Of a DNA stretch of 64,000 nucleotides, positions 21,109 through 29,808 are shown piece after piece; positions within the stretch are counted from its first letter, which is position 1; each line of letters starts with the position of its first letter. The notes beneath the pieces are model-generated. The model made no database searches and was not told the DNA's origin. It was given only the letters and a program-made list of their open reading frames with translations. This stretch comes from an uncultured Pseudomonadota bacterium (GTDB lineage Bacteria > Oederibacteriota > Muellerivitia > Muellerivitales > Muellerivitaceae). The translations under genes were made by a program, and so were the position numbers. The stretch covers positions 1,504,001 through 1,568,000 of the forward strand of contig CAWIIP010000002.1 in the NCBI GenBank assembly GCA_963836235.1, in the 5' to 3' direction.

Positions 21109-24100
21109 GTGGCTTTTTCCCTCTATTTGGGACCTTACCAGCCTTTCCTGGAGGCGGAACTCGCCGCCGCTGTCGAAGGGTTGCGCCAGTCCGATCCCTT
21201 ATCGCCTTTGGTCGTCCTTGTTCCCAACCGGTCCCTGGTGCGGCACTTGCGGGAGGAACTGGCCCGAAAAAACGGGTCCGTCTTCAACCTACGGGTCCTG
21301 ACGCTCCACCAATATTTGCAGGAATTCACCGAGGAAAAATGGATCATCGATGGTTTCCGGCCCCTGCCCGAATCGCTGGTGTCTTGGATATTGAAGGAGA
21401 CCGCCCGGGCTTCCAAGTCCAAGGGCGGCCCCTTCGCCGCGGTTGAGGGGACGCCGGGCTTTTACCGAACGCTCCAAGCCACCTTGTCCGAACTTCGCCA
21501 GGGTGATTTCACGCCCCAAGGCCTGCTGGATTCCTCCAAAAAGGTGGCCCGGGATAAGGGGCGAAAGAGGCTTTCCCATAAACTCGCCGAGTTCGCCGGA
21601 CTGCTGGCGGAGTACGCGAAATGGAAACAAAGCCACCAATGGAAGGACCGGGAAGACCTCTATGTGGATGCCTTGACGCTTCCATCGCCACCGGCTTCGG
21701 TTTGGACCTACGGGTTCTATGACGCTTCGGAACTCCAGCGGAAGGTACTACAACACCTTTGTTCACCACCAAGGCACCAAGGGCACCAAGAAAATCAAAC
21801 GACTGGAAAAAAAATTGAAAGCTATTGGTTTATTCCTTATGAAGATCATCCCGCTTTTGAGTATGCCAAGCCCTTCGTGGATTGGGCGAAACAACAGGGA
21901 ACCGTGAAAAGGGAAGGTGTGTTTAAAAGTGAAAAGGGAACACCTTTAGGCAAACTACAAAACGACTTATTTAAAACTGAGGGTGCTTCGTCGCAAGCCT
22001 CGTCCTATTCGGACGAGGCTCCTCGCAATGACAGCAGTTTAAATTTTGTGGATTCCGACGTGAAAATTTTCCTTTGCCCTGGAGAGCCACGGGAAATCAG
22101 GGAGGCGGCGCGGGCCATTACGGAAGAAGCCGGGAGGCGCCAGACCCACTTTTCCGACTGTGGGCTGGTCCTGCGCCAAATGGAAAGCTACCGGCGGATG
22201 ATCAAGCCCCCCTTCGACCAGCAGGGCGTCCCCCTGGCCAAAAACCCCACGGTCTTCCTGATGGAAACCCCCGAGGCCAAGTGCCTCCTGCTTTTGCTGG
22301 AATGTTTCCAGGGGGAATTTCCCCGGGAAACGCTTATGGACTTCCTCTCCTGCCCCAACCTCAACCCCGAGGGTTTCCACTTGAAGCCCGGGGAATGGGA
22401 CCCCCATCTTTGGGACCAGGCTTCCAAGGAAGCGGGGGTGGTGGAGGGCGAGGGGGCCTGGATAGACCGCATGCGGGAATTCCTCAAGCCTTCCCCGGCT
22501 TCCCGCGAGGAAGAAGCATTCTCCACCCAGGAAACCCAGTCCCTTTCGGCTTTCCAGTCCAAGGTGCTCCAGGCGCTCTTCGATAGCCGCCACCGGTTCG
22601 ACAGGGAAAAGCATTGGGCGGGGAAAGCCAAGGTGCTCTTCGGCCTGGCCGAAAAGCTCTTCCGCCCTTCCGACGCCAAGGAACAGTTGAAGACCCTCCA
22701 GCGGGGGGTGGAAATCCTCTCGCAGGATTCCTTCACCGTGGAAAAGGACGAACTGGGCCCCCTGCTGACCGGGCTCATGGAAGAAGTGAAGATTCCCTGG
22801 AAGAGCTCCGGTTCGGGCGGGGTGGAGGTGGAAGACCTGATGCAGGTGAGGGGTGTTCCTTTCGACATCCTGGTCATGCCCGGGCTAGTGGAGCAGGGCT
22901 TCCCCAAGGTGCCCCGACAGGACCCGCTTCTGCTCGACGAGGAACGCCGTATCCTCAACGGCCTCCACGAGGGCAAGGCCCATATCCCCGAGAAGGCCGA
23001 GGGGCGGCTGGAAGAAAAGCTCCTCTTCCTCTTGGCCGTCCGTAGCGCCCGCAAGGCCCTCCTCCTGACCGCCTCCCATCTCCATCCGGCCACGGGCGCC
23101 CCCCGGGTGCCCAGCGCCTACCTCCATGAGGCCCTGCGGGCCGTGACGGGCCGGCGCCAGGCCCATTGGGACGGGGATTCCCCCTTCCTGCGCAAAGTCG
23201 CGGTTTCGGATTGGGTCCGGGGCGGGGAGGCCGACCGGGTGGACGACCTGGAAGAGCTCTTAAGCCGCTTCCAGCAGGCCCGGGAGGGGAACCCCCTGCC
23301 CGCCCAGGCCTATGTGGAGGGCAAACCCTTCTTCGCCCAGGCCCGGGAACTGCTAAAAGAGCGCCAAAGCCGCCGCCAATTTACCCCCTATGACGGGGTT
23401 TTTAAGGGCGCGGAAGCCATCCAGAAGCTCAGCCGGGAACATTCCCTGAGGGACAAGCCCCTCTCGGCCTCCCGGCTGGAAACCTACGCCGCCTGCCCTC
23501 TGCGCTATTTCTACCGCTATATTCTGGGTCTCAAGGTGCATCCCGAGCCCGAGCGGGTCTTCCAGCTGGACCCGGCGGAGAAGGGCAACTTAATGCACGA
23601 GGTGCTGGAAAAAACCCTTTCGCGCGGGGTGGAGGAAGGCTGGCTGAGGGCCCGCGACCGGGAGAAGGGGCAAAAGGCCCTGGCGGAAGAGACCCAAAAG
23701 GCCTTCCAAAGGTTCGAGAAGGAGGGGCTCCCCGGCTCCCCGGCCCTATGGCAGTGGAGCCAGTTCAACCTGGGCCGGGACCTGGAAAGGGCCCTGAAGA
23801 AGGTGCTGGAGGACGGGGATTGGACCCCGGTGGATTTTGAGAAGGGCTTCGGCCGCCCCGGCCAGCCCGAGGTTTTGTTCCAGACCACCACGGGAAGCCT
23901 GCGGCTGGAAGGCTGGATGGACCGGGTGGACCTTTCCCCCGACGGCAAAAAGTTAAGGGTCGTGGACTATAAGACGGGCTCCAACCTGGGCTTCAAGGAA
24001 GACAGCGTCAAGGAAGGCACCAAGATCCAGATGCCCCTCTACCTTTGGGCCTGCCGGACCCTCTACCCGGGGGTCAACCCCGAACAAGCGATTTATGAGT

Positions 24101-24354
24101 TCATCACGGCCAAGGGAAACTACCGTTCGATTCCCTTCGATGCCGCTGATTGGAAAAGAGTGGAAGAACCCCTGACCGCCCTCCTGACGACCGCCTCGGA
24201 GGCGGTGGACCAGGGCCTCTTTCCGGCGGCGGCCAAGGCCTGCGACCAATGCGACTACCGGACCCTCTGCGGACCGGGGGTGGTAAAGCGGGGCGAACGG
24301 AAGAGGGAGGATAAGAGGGTTGGGGATTATTTTAGGTTGGAGGAATTGAAATGA
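21109..24354 (+). CDS. addB: ATP-dependent helicase/nuclease subunit B (AddB/RexB-like)
   Basis: 1081 aa with VLVPN, QDPLLLD, LSASRLETYAACPLRY, GWMDRVD, VVDYKTG, QMPLY and CDQCDYRTLC. It lies upstream of addA. Confidence 0.88.
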   Translation: MAFSLYLGPYQPFLEAELAAAVEGLRQSDPLSPLVVLVPNRSLVRHLREELARKNGSVFNLRVLTLHQYLQEFTEEKWIIDGFRPLPESLVSWILKETARASKSKGGPFAAVEGTPGFYRTLQATLSELRQGDFTPQGLLDSSKKVARDKGRKRLSHKLAEFAGLLAEYAKWKQSHQWKDREDLYVDALTLPSPPASVWTYGFYDASELQRKVLQHLCSPPRHQGHQENQTTGKKIESYWFIPYEDHPAFEYAKPFVDWAKQQGTVKREGVFKSEKGTPLGKLQNDLFKTEGASSQASSYSDEAPRNDSSLNFVDSDVKIFLCPGEPREIREAARAITEEAGRRQTHFSDCGLVLRQMESYRRMIKPPFDQQGVPLAKNPTVFLMETPEAKCLLLLLECFQGEFPRETLMDFLSCPNLNPEGFHLKPGEWDPHLWDQASKEAGVVEGEGAWIDRMREFLKPSPASREEEAFSTQETQSLSAFQSKVLQALFDSRHRFDREKHWAGKAKVLFGLAEKLFRPSDAKEQLKTLQRGVEILSQDSFTVEKDELGPLLTGLMEEVKIPWKSSGSGGVEVEDLMQVRGVPFDILVMPGLVEQGFPKVPRQDPLLLDEERRILNGLHEGKAHIPEKAEGRLEEKLLFLLAVRSARKALLLTASHLHPATGAPRVPSAYLHEALRAVTGRRQAHWDGDSPFLRKVAVSDWVRGGEADRVDDLEELLSRFQQAREGNPLPAQAYVEGKPFFAQARELLKERQSRRQFTPYDGVFKGAEAIQKLSREHSLRDKPLSASRLETYAACPLRYFYRYILGLKVHPEPERVFQLDPAEKGNLMHEVLEKTLSRGVEEGWLRARDREKGQKALAEETQKAFQRFEKEGLPGSPALWQWSQFNLGRDLERALKKVLEDGDWTPVDFEKGFGRPGQPEVLFQTTTGSLRLEGWMDRVDLSPDGKKLRVVDYKTGSNLGFKEDSVKEGTKIQMPLYLWACRTLYPGVNPEQAIYEFITAKGNYRSIPFDAADWKRVEEPLTALLTTASEAVDQGLFPAAAKACDQCDYRTLCGPGVVKRGERKREDKRVGDYFRLEELK
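21765..21790 (+). repeat. Fourth copy of the REP-like repeat, in-frame inside addB
   Basis: accaccaaggcaccaagggcaccaag is identical to 26 nt of the 20930-20959 copy and encodes PPRHQGHQ. Confidence 0.85.
21984..22032. repeat. Palindromic REP-like element in-frame inside addB
   Basis: tgcttcgtcgc-[agcctcgtcc tattc ggacgaggct]-cctcgcaatgac, with a perfect 10-bp inner stem. Confidence 0.65.
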
Positions 24355-25535
24355 ATTGGTTTAAAAAATTACCTTGGCGCTGGAAGCTTCCGATTCTATT
24401 TACTTCTCTGGACCTCCTTTATTTAGCGATTGTCCGTTTTTCTTTTGCTGGTGGCCATGGATTTATTATCGGGGAATTTTTTCAAGTTCTTTTCGCCTGT
24501 TGGATTCCTTTTTTTTGGCACTTTCCATTCGCATATATTTTGTTTGGAGACTCGAATTTAAATCACATTTTTATTGAGCCGGTTCAAACCTTTTTTATAT
24601 TTTTTCTGACTGGTTATTGGCTGGAGAAATCAAGAAATAACCTTCCGAAATATATTGTTCTTGTTTTTTATGTTTTGGCTACAGGCGTAGCCATCCTTAC
24701 CGCTTGGTCGGATAGAACAAGAGAACCTATCGTCATGGTATTGCCAAACGGCTATAAGGGAATCATATGCTTGAAGACGAAGCAATCTGGGGAGGAAGAG
24801 ATAAAGATTTCCAATGGCCAATATCGCATCGAAATGCCCGAAAGCGGATTCAGAGCCGTTAGCAATGATTTCCAGGGTTGGCACAGCTATAACGCTGAAT
24901 ACCAAGATGGAACTACCATCCAATATGGCGACGAATACAACACCCCGGTGAATTTGATAGCCCAATACAGCTTCAGTTCAAGCGCAAACGGTAATTTCTA
25001 TTTTATCGGGAATAACCTGGACGCCCAGGTGACTCGATGTGCGGGGACCGAAGTGACTGGAAGGGATACAGGCGGGCTATCCAATTTCCCGAACACTAAA
25101 TTCAAGGAAGTTTCGAGGCGTCAAGAGTCAGGCGCCCAATTTACCATGCGCAAGGTGGAAGACTGTCCCATCTATGGGAACCTGGAATTTGTCCAACGAA
25201 AAGGCGATCCAAAGCCCATCCATTATTTTACCGATGACTTAGACGCGAAACCGGTGATGGGAAACCTGGGACAACGAATCGCAGTCAAAAATTACGAATA
25301 TCCTGTCGGGACGCCCTATACGGTTTGGCTCGTAGATTTATCCAAGAATACCGAGTTCCAAATCGACCAGGATATTTCTGGTGATGATCAAGGCAATGTA
25401 GAGCCAACTTTTTCTCCTGATGATAATCGCATTCTTTTAACAGGAATAAAAAAAGCATATGTCGTTGATTCTTTAAATGGAAAGGTTCTCCGCCAATTTG
25501 CGAAGGATCAAATTCCTCAAAAGTGGTGGCAATGA
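24351..25535 (+). CDS. Hypothetical membrane-anchored protein (cargo gene inside the addBA operon)
   Basis: About 4 N-terminal TM segments then a soluble region. Visibly lower GC than addB, with an ATGA overlap on the addB stop. Confidence 0.7.
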   Translation: MNWFKKLPWRWKLPILFTSLDLLYLAIVRFSFAGGHGFIIGEFFQVLFACWIPFFWHFPFAYILFGDSNLNHIFIEPVQTFFIFFLTGYWLEKSRNNLPKYIVLVFYVLATGVAILTAWSDRTREPIVMVLPNGYKGIICLKTKQSGEEEIKISNGQYRIEMPESGFRAVSNDFQGWHSYNAEYQDGTTIQYGDEYNTPVNLIAQYSFSSSANGNFYFIGNNLDAQVTRCAGTEVTGRDTGGLSNFPNTKFKEVSRRQESGAQFTMRKVEDCPIYGNLEFVQRKGDPKPIHYFTDDLDAKPVMGNLGQRIAVKNYEYPVGTPYTVWLVDLSKNTEFQIDQDISGDDQGNVEPTFSPDDNRILLTGIKKAYVVDSLNGKVLRQFAKDQIPQKWWQ

Positions 25536-25557
25536 TTCAAATTCATTGGAGTCTTCA

Positions 25558-25743
25558 ATGATTTCTGACCAATCCGTCCGGGACCGGGTTACTCATGACC
25601 ACGATACCCTCTTCGCAGTGGATGCGGGGGCGGGAACCGGTAAGACCACGCTCCTGGTGTCCCGGCTCATCGCCAAAATTCCCTCACAAAAGGCTGTTTT
25701 ACCCAGGGTTGGTGGGCTGCTGGACAAACCCTTTCCTTTGTGA
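25558..25743 (+). pseudogene. Truncated duplicate of the addA 5' end (39 codons including Walker A)
   Basis: MISDQSVRDRVTHDHDTLFAVDAGAGTGKTTLLVSRLIA. Bases 25558-25674 match 26407-26523 at 103/117 nt, then the frame diverges and stops at 25743. Confidence 0.9.
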
Positions 25744-25746
25744 GAA

Positions 25747-25769
25747 TATGACCATAATTTATGGTCATA
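25747..25769. promoter_or_regulatory. Palindromic operator of the TA operon
   Basis: Perfect inverted repeat tatgaccataa-t-ttatggtcata overlapping a CATAAT -10-like box, just before the GGAGG SD of the antitoxin. Confidence 0.75.
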
Positions 25770-25779
25770 GGAGGAACCC

Positions 25780-26007
25780 ATGAAAACCATCGCCGCTGGT
25801 GAATTCAAAGCTAAATGTCTTTCATTGTTGGACGAGGTTAACCGCGCCCACGAAACCATAGTCGTGACCAAGCATGGAATTCCCGTGGCCAGGATGGTCC
25901 CGGTTTCGAGGGAAAAAGACGGGCAAAAGGGAACCCTTCGTGGGAGCGTTTTGTCGGAAAAGGACCTCCTTCGCCCAATTGATGATACCTGGGAAGCCGA
26001 TCGATGA
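25780..26007 (+). CDS. Type II TA antitoxin, Phd/YefM family
   Basis: MKTIAAGEFKAKCLSLLDEV...IVVTKHGIPVARMVP. Confidence 0.93.
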   Translation: MKTIAAGEFKAKCLSLLDEVNRAHETIVVTKHGIPVARMVPVSREKDGQKGTLRGSVLSEKDLLRPIDDTWEADR

Positions 26008-26390
26008 TTCTTTTGGATACCCACGCCTGGGTCTGGTGGTGCTCGGGTTCCCCCAAACTTTCCGCCAGAGCGTTGAAGGCCATTAAAGCCGAAGAAACCC
26101 TGGGGGTATGCGCCATCAGCTGTTGGGAGGTGGCCATGCTGGTGGCCAAAAAAAGGCTGGTCCTGGACCGGGACATCGAGGTTTGGATGGATCAGGCCTT
26201 GAAACTCCCCAAGGTCCAATTGATTCCATTGACTCCCCGGATCGCGGTGAAAAGCACCCAATTGGGCGGCGACTTCCATGGGGACCCGGTGGACCGGATT
26301 CTGGTGGCCGCAGCGGCGGAAGAGGGATGTCCCCTGGTTAGCAAGGATGAACGCATCCGCGGCTTCCATGGCATCAAAGTGATCTGGTAA
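26004..26390 (+). CDS. vapC: Type II TA toxin, VapC/PIN domain
   Basis: MILLDTHAWVW, AISCWEVAML, HGDPVDRILVA, LVSKD. ATGA overlap with the antitoxin. Confidence 0.93.
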   Translation: MILLDTHAWVWWCSGSPKLSARALKAIKAEETLGVCAISCWEVAMLVAKKRLVLDRDIEVWMDQALKLPKVQLIPLTPRIAVKSTQLGGDFHGDPVDRILVAAAAEEGCPLVSKDERIRGFHGIKVIW

Positions 26391-26406
26391 AAGAAGGATC
26401 TTTCTC

Positions 26407-29400
26407 ATGATCTCCGACCAAACGGTCCGGGAACGGGTCACCCATGACCACGAAACCCTCTTCGCGGTGGACGCGGGGGCGGGGACGGGCAAGACCACGC
26501 TCCTGGTGTCCCGGCTTATCGCCCTATTGCTTGAAAAGGCGGCACCCTTAAGCCGCATCGCGGCCATCACCTTCACCGAAAAGGCTGCCGCCGAGTTGGC
26601 CGAGAGGCTTCGGTCCAAGCTGGAAGAAGCCCTGGCCGCAAACCCCGGCCAAAAAGGCCTGATTTTTAAGGCCCTGGAAGACATGGAAAGGGCGCCCATC
26701 TCCACCATTCATTCCTTTTGCGCGGCCCTATTGCGGGAATACCCGGTGGAAGCGGGGGTGGACCCCCAATTTACGCTCCTGGACGAGGTGCAATCGGGAG
26801 CCTTCGAGTCCCAAACCTGGGAACATTGGCTGAAAAAAAACCTATCCCACCCGGTCGAGCCCCTGTTCCAATTCCTGCGGATGGGGGGAACCTTCGAGCT
26901 GGTGGAAGAACTCAAGCAGTTCCTGAAGCGCAACCGAACCCTTTTATCGGTCCCCGCCCCCCAAACCCTGCCGTCGGTGGAACCCTTTCGGGAAAAATGG
27001 AAGGCCTTCTTGGCTTGGAGCCAAAAAGAAGCCACCCAATGTACCAAGCACGAGGACAGTCTTTATGAGCTTTTAGAAGCCTTTTGGACCCAGTGTGAAT
27101 CGATCAAAGAGGATTTTGACCTTGCGAGTTTGAAGGTTCCCAAGACAGGTCGAAGTGGGGCCCAAGGTAATTGGGGCAAGGAACGTTTGGCCGCGATTCG
27201 GGAAGGGTTCGTTCGGCTGGCCGAGGAGCATGGCCAGGCCTTCGCGCCTTTCAAGGAGGCGGTGATCCTGAACCTGGTCCATTGGATCGGGGGATACCTG
27301 GTCGAATGGGAAAGCCAAAAGGCTCAAGGCGGATTCCTGGATTTTGACGACCTGCTTTTAAAAACCCGAGACCTCCTGAGGGAGCATTCCGAGGCCCGTG
27401 AAGAAATGAAGAAGCGACTCGATTATCTCTTTGTGGACGAATTTCAGGATACAGACCCATTGCAAGTGGAAGTGGTTTTCTTCTTGTCGGAAAAACTGGC
27501 CCCCCTACGCCAAGGCTCCGGGGGGCAGCCTCAAGTCATTGATTGGAAGAAGATTGAACTTGAGGCTGGCAAGTTGTTCCTCGTCGGCGACCCCAAACAA
27601 AGCATCTACCGTTTTCGGCGGGCGGACGTGGCTATTTACGAAGAAACCAAAGACCGGATCCTGGCCAACGGGGGCAAGGTGGAGGTGCTCACCGAGAACT
27701 TTCGTACTGTGGGCGGGCTGGTGGAATGGGTCAACGGGCGGTTTCCGGCGCTCTTTGAGGGAACGGGTATCGGTTACAACCCCTTGAGCGCCAACCGGGA
27801 GAAGGGGAAGACCGAGGGCACCCTACCTATTATTTGGGGCTTGAGTGTTCCCGTGCCGCCGGACGCACCGGAGACCAAAAGTTATTTCCGCCAACAGGAA
27901 GCCGAATGGGTGGCGGCTTTCCTTAAAGAAAAAATTCTCGGGGGCGGCTGGACCCTTTCGGACCCCAAGACCCACCTCCTCCGCTCGGTCCAAAAAGGCG
28001 ACATCGCCATTCTGTTCCGAGACCTTTCCAACGAGAACGAGGAATTCTGGGAAGAAGCCCTGCGCAAGCGGGAAATGTCCTACCAGATTGTGGGGGGCAA
28101 GCGGTTCTATAACCGGCCTGAGATCGTGGCCCTGTCCACCCTGCTGACCTGCCTTTCCTCGCCCGCCGCCGAGGCGGCCTGCGTGGCCGTATTGCGGGGT
28201 CCCCTTTTCGGGTTCAGCGACGAAGCCCTTTTCCTCCACCGTTCCGCCGGCGGTTCCTTCCGGTTCCAGGACATCGGGGGTAAGAAAATGGAAGAAGCCT
28301 TCCAACTTTTGAGGGAGCTTTACGAAGCCACCCGCACCCAGGGGGTTTCCGAAACCCTGTCCGTCATCTATCAGAAGACCAACCTTTTGGCCGTCACGGC
28401 GGGCCAGCCCCATGGGGAACAGCGGGTCGCCAACTTGATGAAGGTGTTGGACCAGGCCCGGGACCTGGAAACCTCCCAGCATTTCACCTACCGGGCCTTC
28501 ACCCAATGGCTGACCACCCAGCAGGAAGAGGAGACCATGGAAGGCGAAGCCCCCGGGCCCGATTCTTCCGAGGACCGTATCACCTTGATGACCATCCACA
28601 AGGCCAAGGGACTGGAGTTTCCCATTGTCTTCGTTTCGGGTTGGGCGTCCGACCCGAAGGATTCGGGGAGCCTGGTGGACCGCAAGCATTCGGCGGGGGC
28701 CTTTAAGGCGGGCCGGGCCGACCTGGGGCTTAAGAGCCTGAACTACGATGGGGTGAAACAAGAAGAAGAGCTTCAACGCAAGGCCGAGGATACCCGCTTA
28801 CTTTACGTGGCGGCCACCCGGGCCCGGGATTGCCTATTGCTCTCCCATTTCAACATGCACCCCGAATGCAAATTCCAGAATGAAGGGCTTTTTACGGGGC
28901 CGCTTTTGAAGGCGCTGGAAGAAGGGGGGGCTCCCGTGCAGTCTGCGCTGAGGCCACCAGCCGAGGCGCAAGATTTGACGGTGCTGGCGTCTTTACAGAC
29001 GCCAGTGCATTGGGCCGAGGCTGGGGAGGGAGCCGAAGCCCTGGAGGACCCGCCCTCTTGGGTGGTTCCTTTGGAGGTTCCATCCGGCGACCCGGCCCTG
29101 GCCGTGGAAAAAGAGAAGTTGAAAACCCAGCAACAAGTCCGGAAGGAAAGACTAGAGAGCCTTCGAGGCCAAAGGGAATTCAAGTCCGTGACTTCCGTTC
29201 TCTCGGGGGACGAAGAAAAAAGACAAAGGGAAGAGCGGATATTCACCGAGCCGGAAGCCTCTTCCCCTTGGGGTGGGAAGGACTTGGGTTCCTTCGCCCA
29301 TCTGTTATTGGAAAAGGGATGGGATTGGGATGGACCTCAGATTCAGAAGGCCGCCCAGGCTTATGGGGAGAAGATGGGGATAGCCACGCCCGAGGCCGAA

Positions 29401-29727
29401 CAAGGCTTGGAGTGGGTCAAGAAAACCCTTCAAAGTGAACTCATTCAAAGGGCACGAAGTTCCGGAAAGGTTTTTCGGGAACTGCCCATTACCGGAAAGC
29501 GGGAAGATGGGTCCTATTTAAACGCCATCATCGACCTGGCTTTCCTGGAAGGCGACGAATGGGTGATCGTGGATTACAAGACGGACCGGGATATGGAAAA
29601 GGAAAGGGACAAGTACCAAGAACAACTGGGATATTACCGTAAGCTTTTGGAAAAATTCACCGATTGTAAAGTTAAGGAAATTTACCTTTATTTTTTAAGA
29701 TATCAGCATGTTGTGCCGGTAAAATAA
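26407..29727 (+). CDS. addA: ATP-dependent helicase/nuclease subunit A (AddA/RexA, UvrD-like)
   Basis: AGAGTGKT, AITFTEKAA, STIHSFC, VDEFQDT, VGDPKQSIYRFR, TIHKAKGLEF, LYVAATRAR and a C-terminal nuclease (IIDL..VDYKTD). Confidence 0.93.
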   Translation: MISDQTVRERVTHDHETLFAVDAGAGTGKTTLLVSRLIALLLEKAAPLSRIAAITFTEKAAAELAERLRSKLEEALAANPGQKGLIFKALEDMERAPISTIHSFCAALLREYPVEAGVDPQFTLLDEVQSGAFESQTWEHWLKKNLSHPVEPLFQFLRMGGTFELVEELKQFLKRNRTLLSVPAPQTLPSVEPFREKWKAFLAWSQKEATQCTKHEDSLYELLEAFWTQCESIKEDFDLASLKVPKTGRSGAQGNWGKERLAAIREGFVRLAEEHGQAFAPFKEAVILNLVHWIGGYLVEWESQKAQGGFLDFDDLLLKTRDLLREHSEAREEMKKRLDYLFVDEFQDTDPLQVEVVFFLSEKLAPLRQGSGGQPQVIDWKKIELEAGKLFLVGDPKQSIYRFRRADVAIYEETKDRILANGGKVEVLTENFRTVGGLVEWVNGRFPALFEGTGIGYNPLSANREKGKTEGTLPIIWGLSVPVPPDAPETKSYFRQQEAEWVAAFLKEKILGGGWTLSDPKTHLLRSVQKGDIAILFRDLSNENEEFWEEALRKREMSYQIVGGKRFYNRPEIVALSTLLTCLSSPAAEAACVAVLRGPLFGFSDEALFLHRSAGGSFRFQDIGGKKMEEAFQLLRELYEATRTQGVSETLSVIYQKTNLLAVTAGQPHGEQRVANLMKVLDQARDLETSQHFTYRAFTQWLTTQQEEETMEGEAPGPDSSEDRITLMTIHKAKGLEFPIVFVSGWASDPKDSGSLVDRKHSAGAFKAGRADLGLKSLNYDGVKQEEELQRKAEDTRLLYVAATRARDCLLLSHFNMHPECKFQNEGLFTGPLLKALEEGGAPVQSALRPPAEAQDLTVLASLQTPVHWAEAGEGAEALEDPPSWVVPLEVPSGDPALAVEKEKLKTQQQVRKERLESLRGQREFKSVTSVLSGDEEKRQREERIFTEPEASSPWGGKDLGSFAHLLLEKGWDWDGPQIQKAAQAYGEKMGIATPEAEQGLEWVKKTLQSELIQRARSSGKVFRELPITGKREDGSYLNAIIDLAFLEGDEWVIVDYKTDRDMEKERDKYQEQLGYYRKLLEKFTDCKVKEIYLYFLRYQHVVPVK

Positions 29728-29808
29728 ATCCATGTCCAAAGACCACCACGATTCCCATGGGCTGGTTCATGGCTTCTCCTTGTTTAAAAAGCCCCCGAGA
29801 GTTTCGAC

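Noticed and set aside
19463-21790. CRISPR array from the 30-bp repeats
   Set aside because: The copies are in mixed orientation and irregularly spaced (99 to ~1400 bp).
18142-28776. Long antisense or alternate-frame ORFs (e.g. 18142-19098, 22188-23093, 25593-26708, 27823-28776)
   Set aside because: These are shadows of well-supported GC-rich genes on the opposite strand.
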